Part shown: in pieces, positions 63,989-64,000 of the stretch
Layout of the letters: each line of letters starts with the position of its first letter
How positions within the stretch are numbered: position 1 is the stretch's first letter
Source of the DNA: Eledone cirrhosa
Lineage: Eukaryota
Reading direction: 5' to 3'
NCBI GenBank assembly: GCA_964016885.1
Contig: OZ024741.1
Location: forward strand, 382,230,001 to 382,294,000
DNA: 64,000 nucleotides
Notes under the pieces: generated by a model
Databases searched by the model: none
What the model was told of the DNA's origin: nothing
Seen by the model: the letters and a program-made list of their open reading frames with translations, nothing else
Program-made: the position numbers and the translations under genes

Positions 63989-64000
63989 TCCTCTGGTGAA

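Overview
AT-rich, microsatellite-dense animal genomic DNA. The SINE type and repeat landscape suggest a cephalopod such as Octopus, but this is inference only. No intact host gene is visible; the window is mostly retroelements. (1) 1-12.7 kb is a continuous array of non-LTR retrotransposons separated by (TTA)n tracts: a near-intact Tx1/L1-clade LINE on + (frameshifted ORF1, open APE-RT ORF2) and four R4/Dong-type RLE elements on - (one with an open 1130-aa ORF). (2) Further Tx1-family copies lie at 45.9-49.4 kb and 57.4-64 kb. The 58.7-kb copy has a near-identical ORF2 but a clearly different 5'UTR/ORF1. (3) Penelope-like (GIY-YIG) remnants and many small non-coding elements sit in (TA)n tracts and carry hand-foldable type I hammerhead ribozymes, including a 523-nt tandem unit and a U3-A8 core covariant. 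(4) There are also tRNA-derived SINEs, RTE remnants, a DINE-1/Helentron-like element and possible decayed exons of a Tie-like EGF/FN3 receptor gene on the - strand. All comparisons and folds were done by eye.
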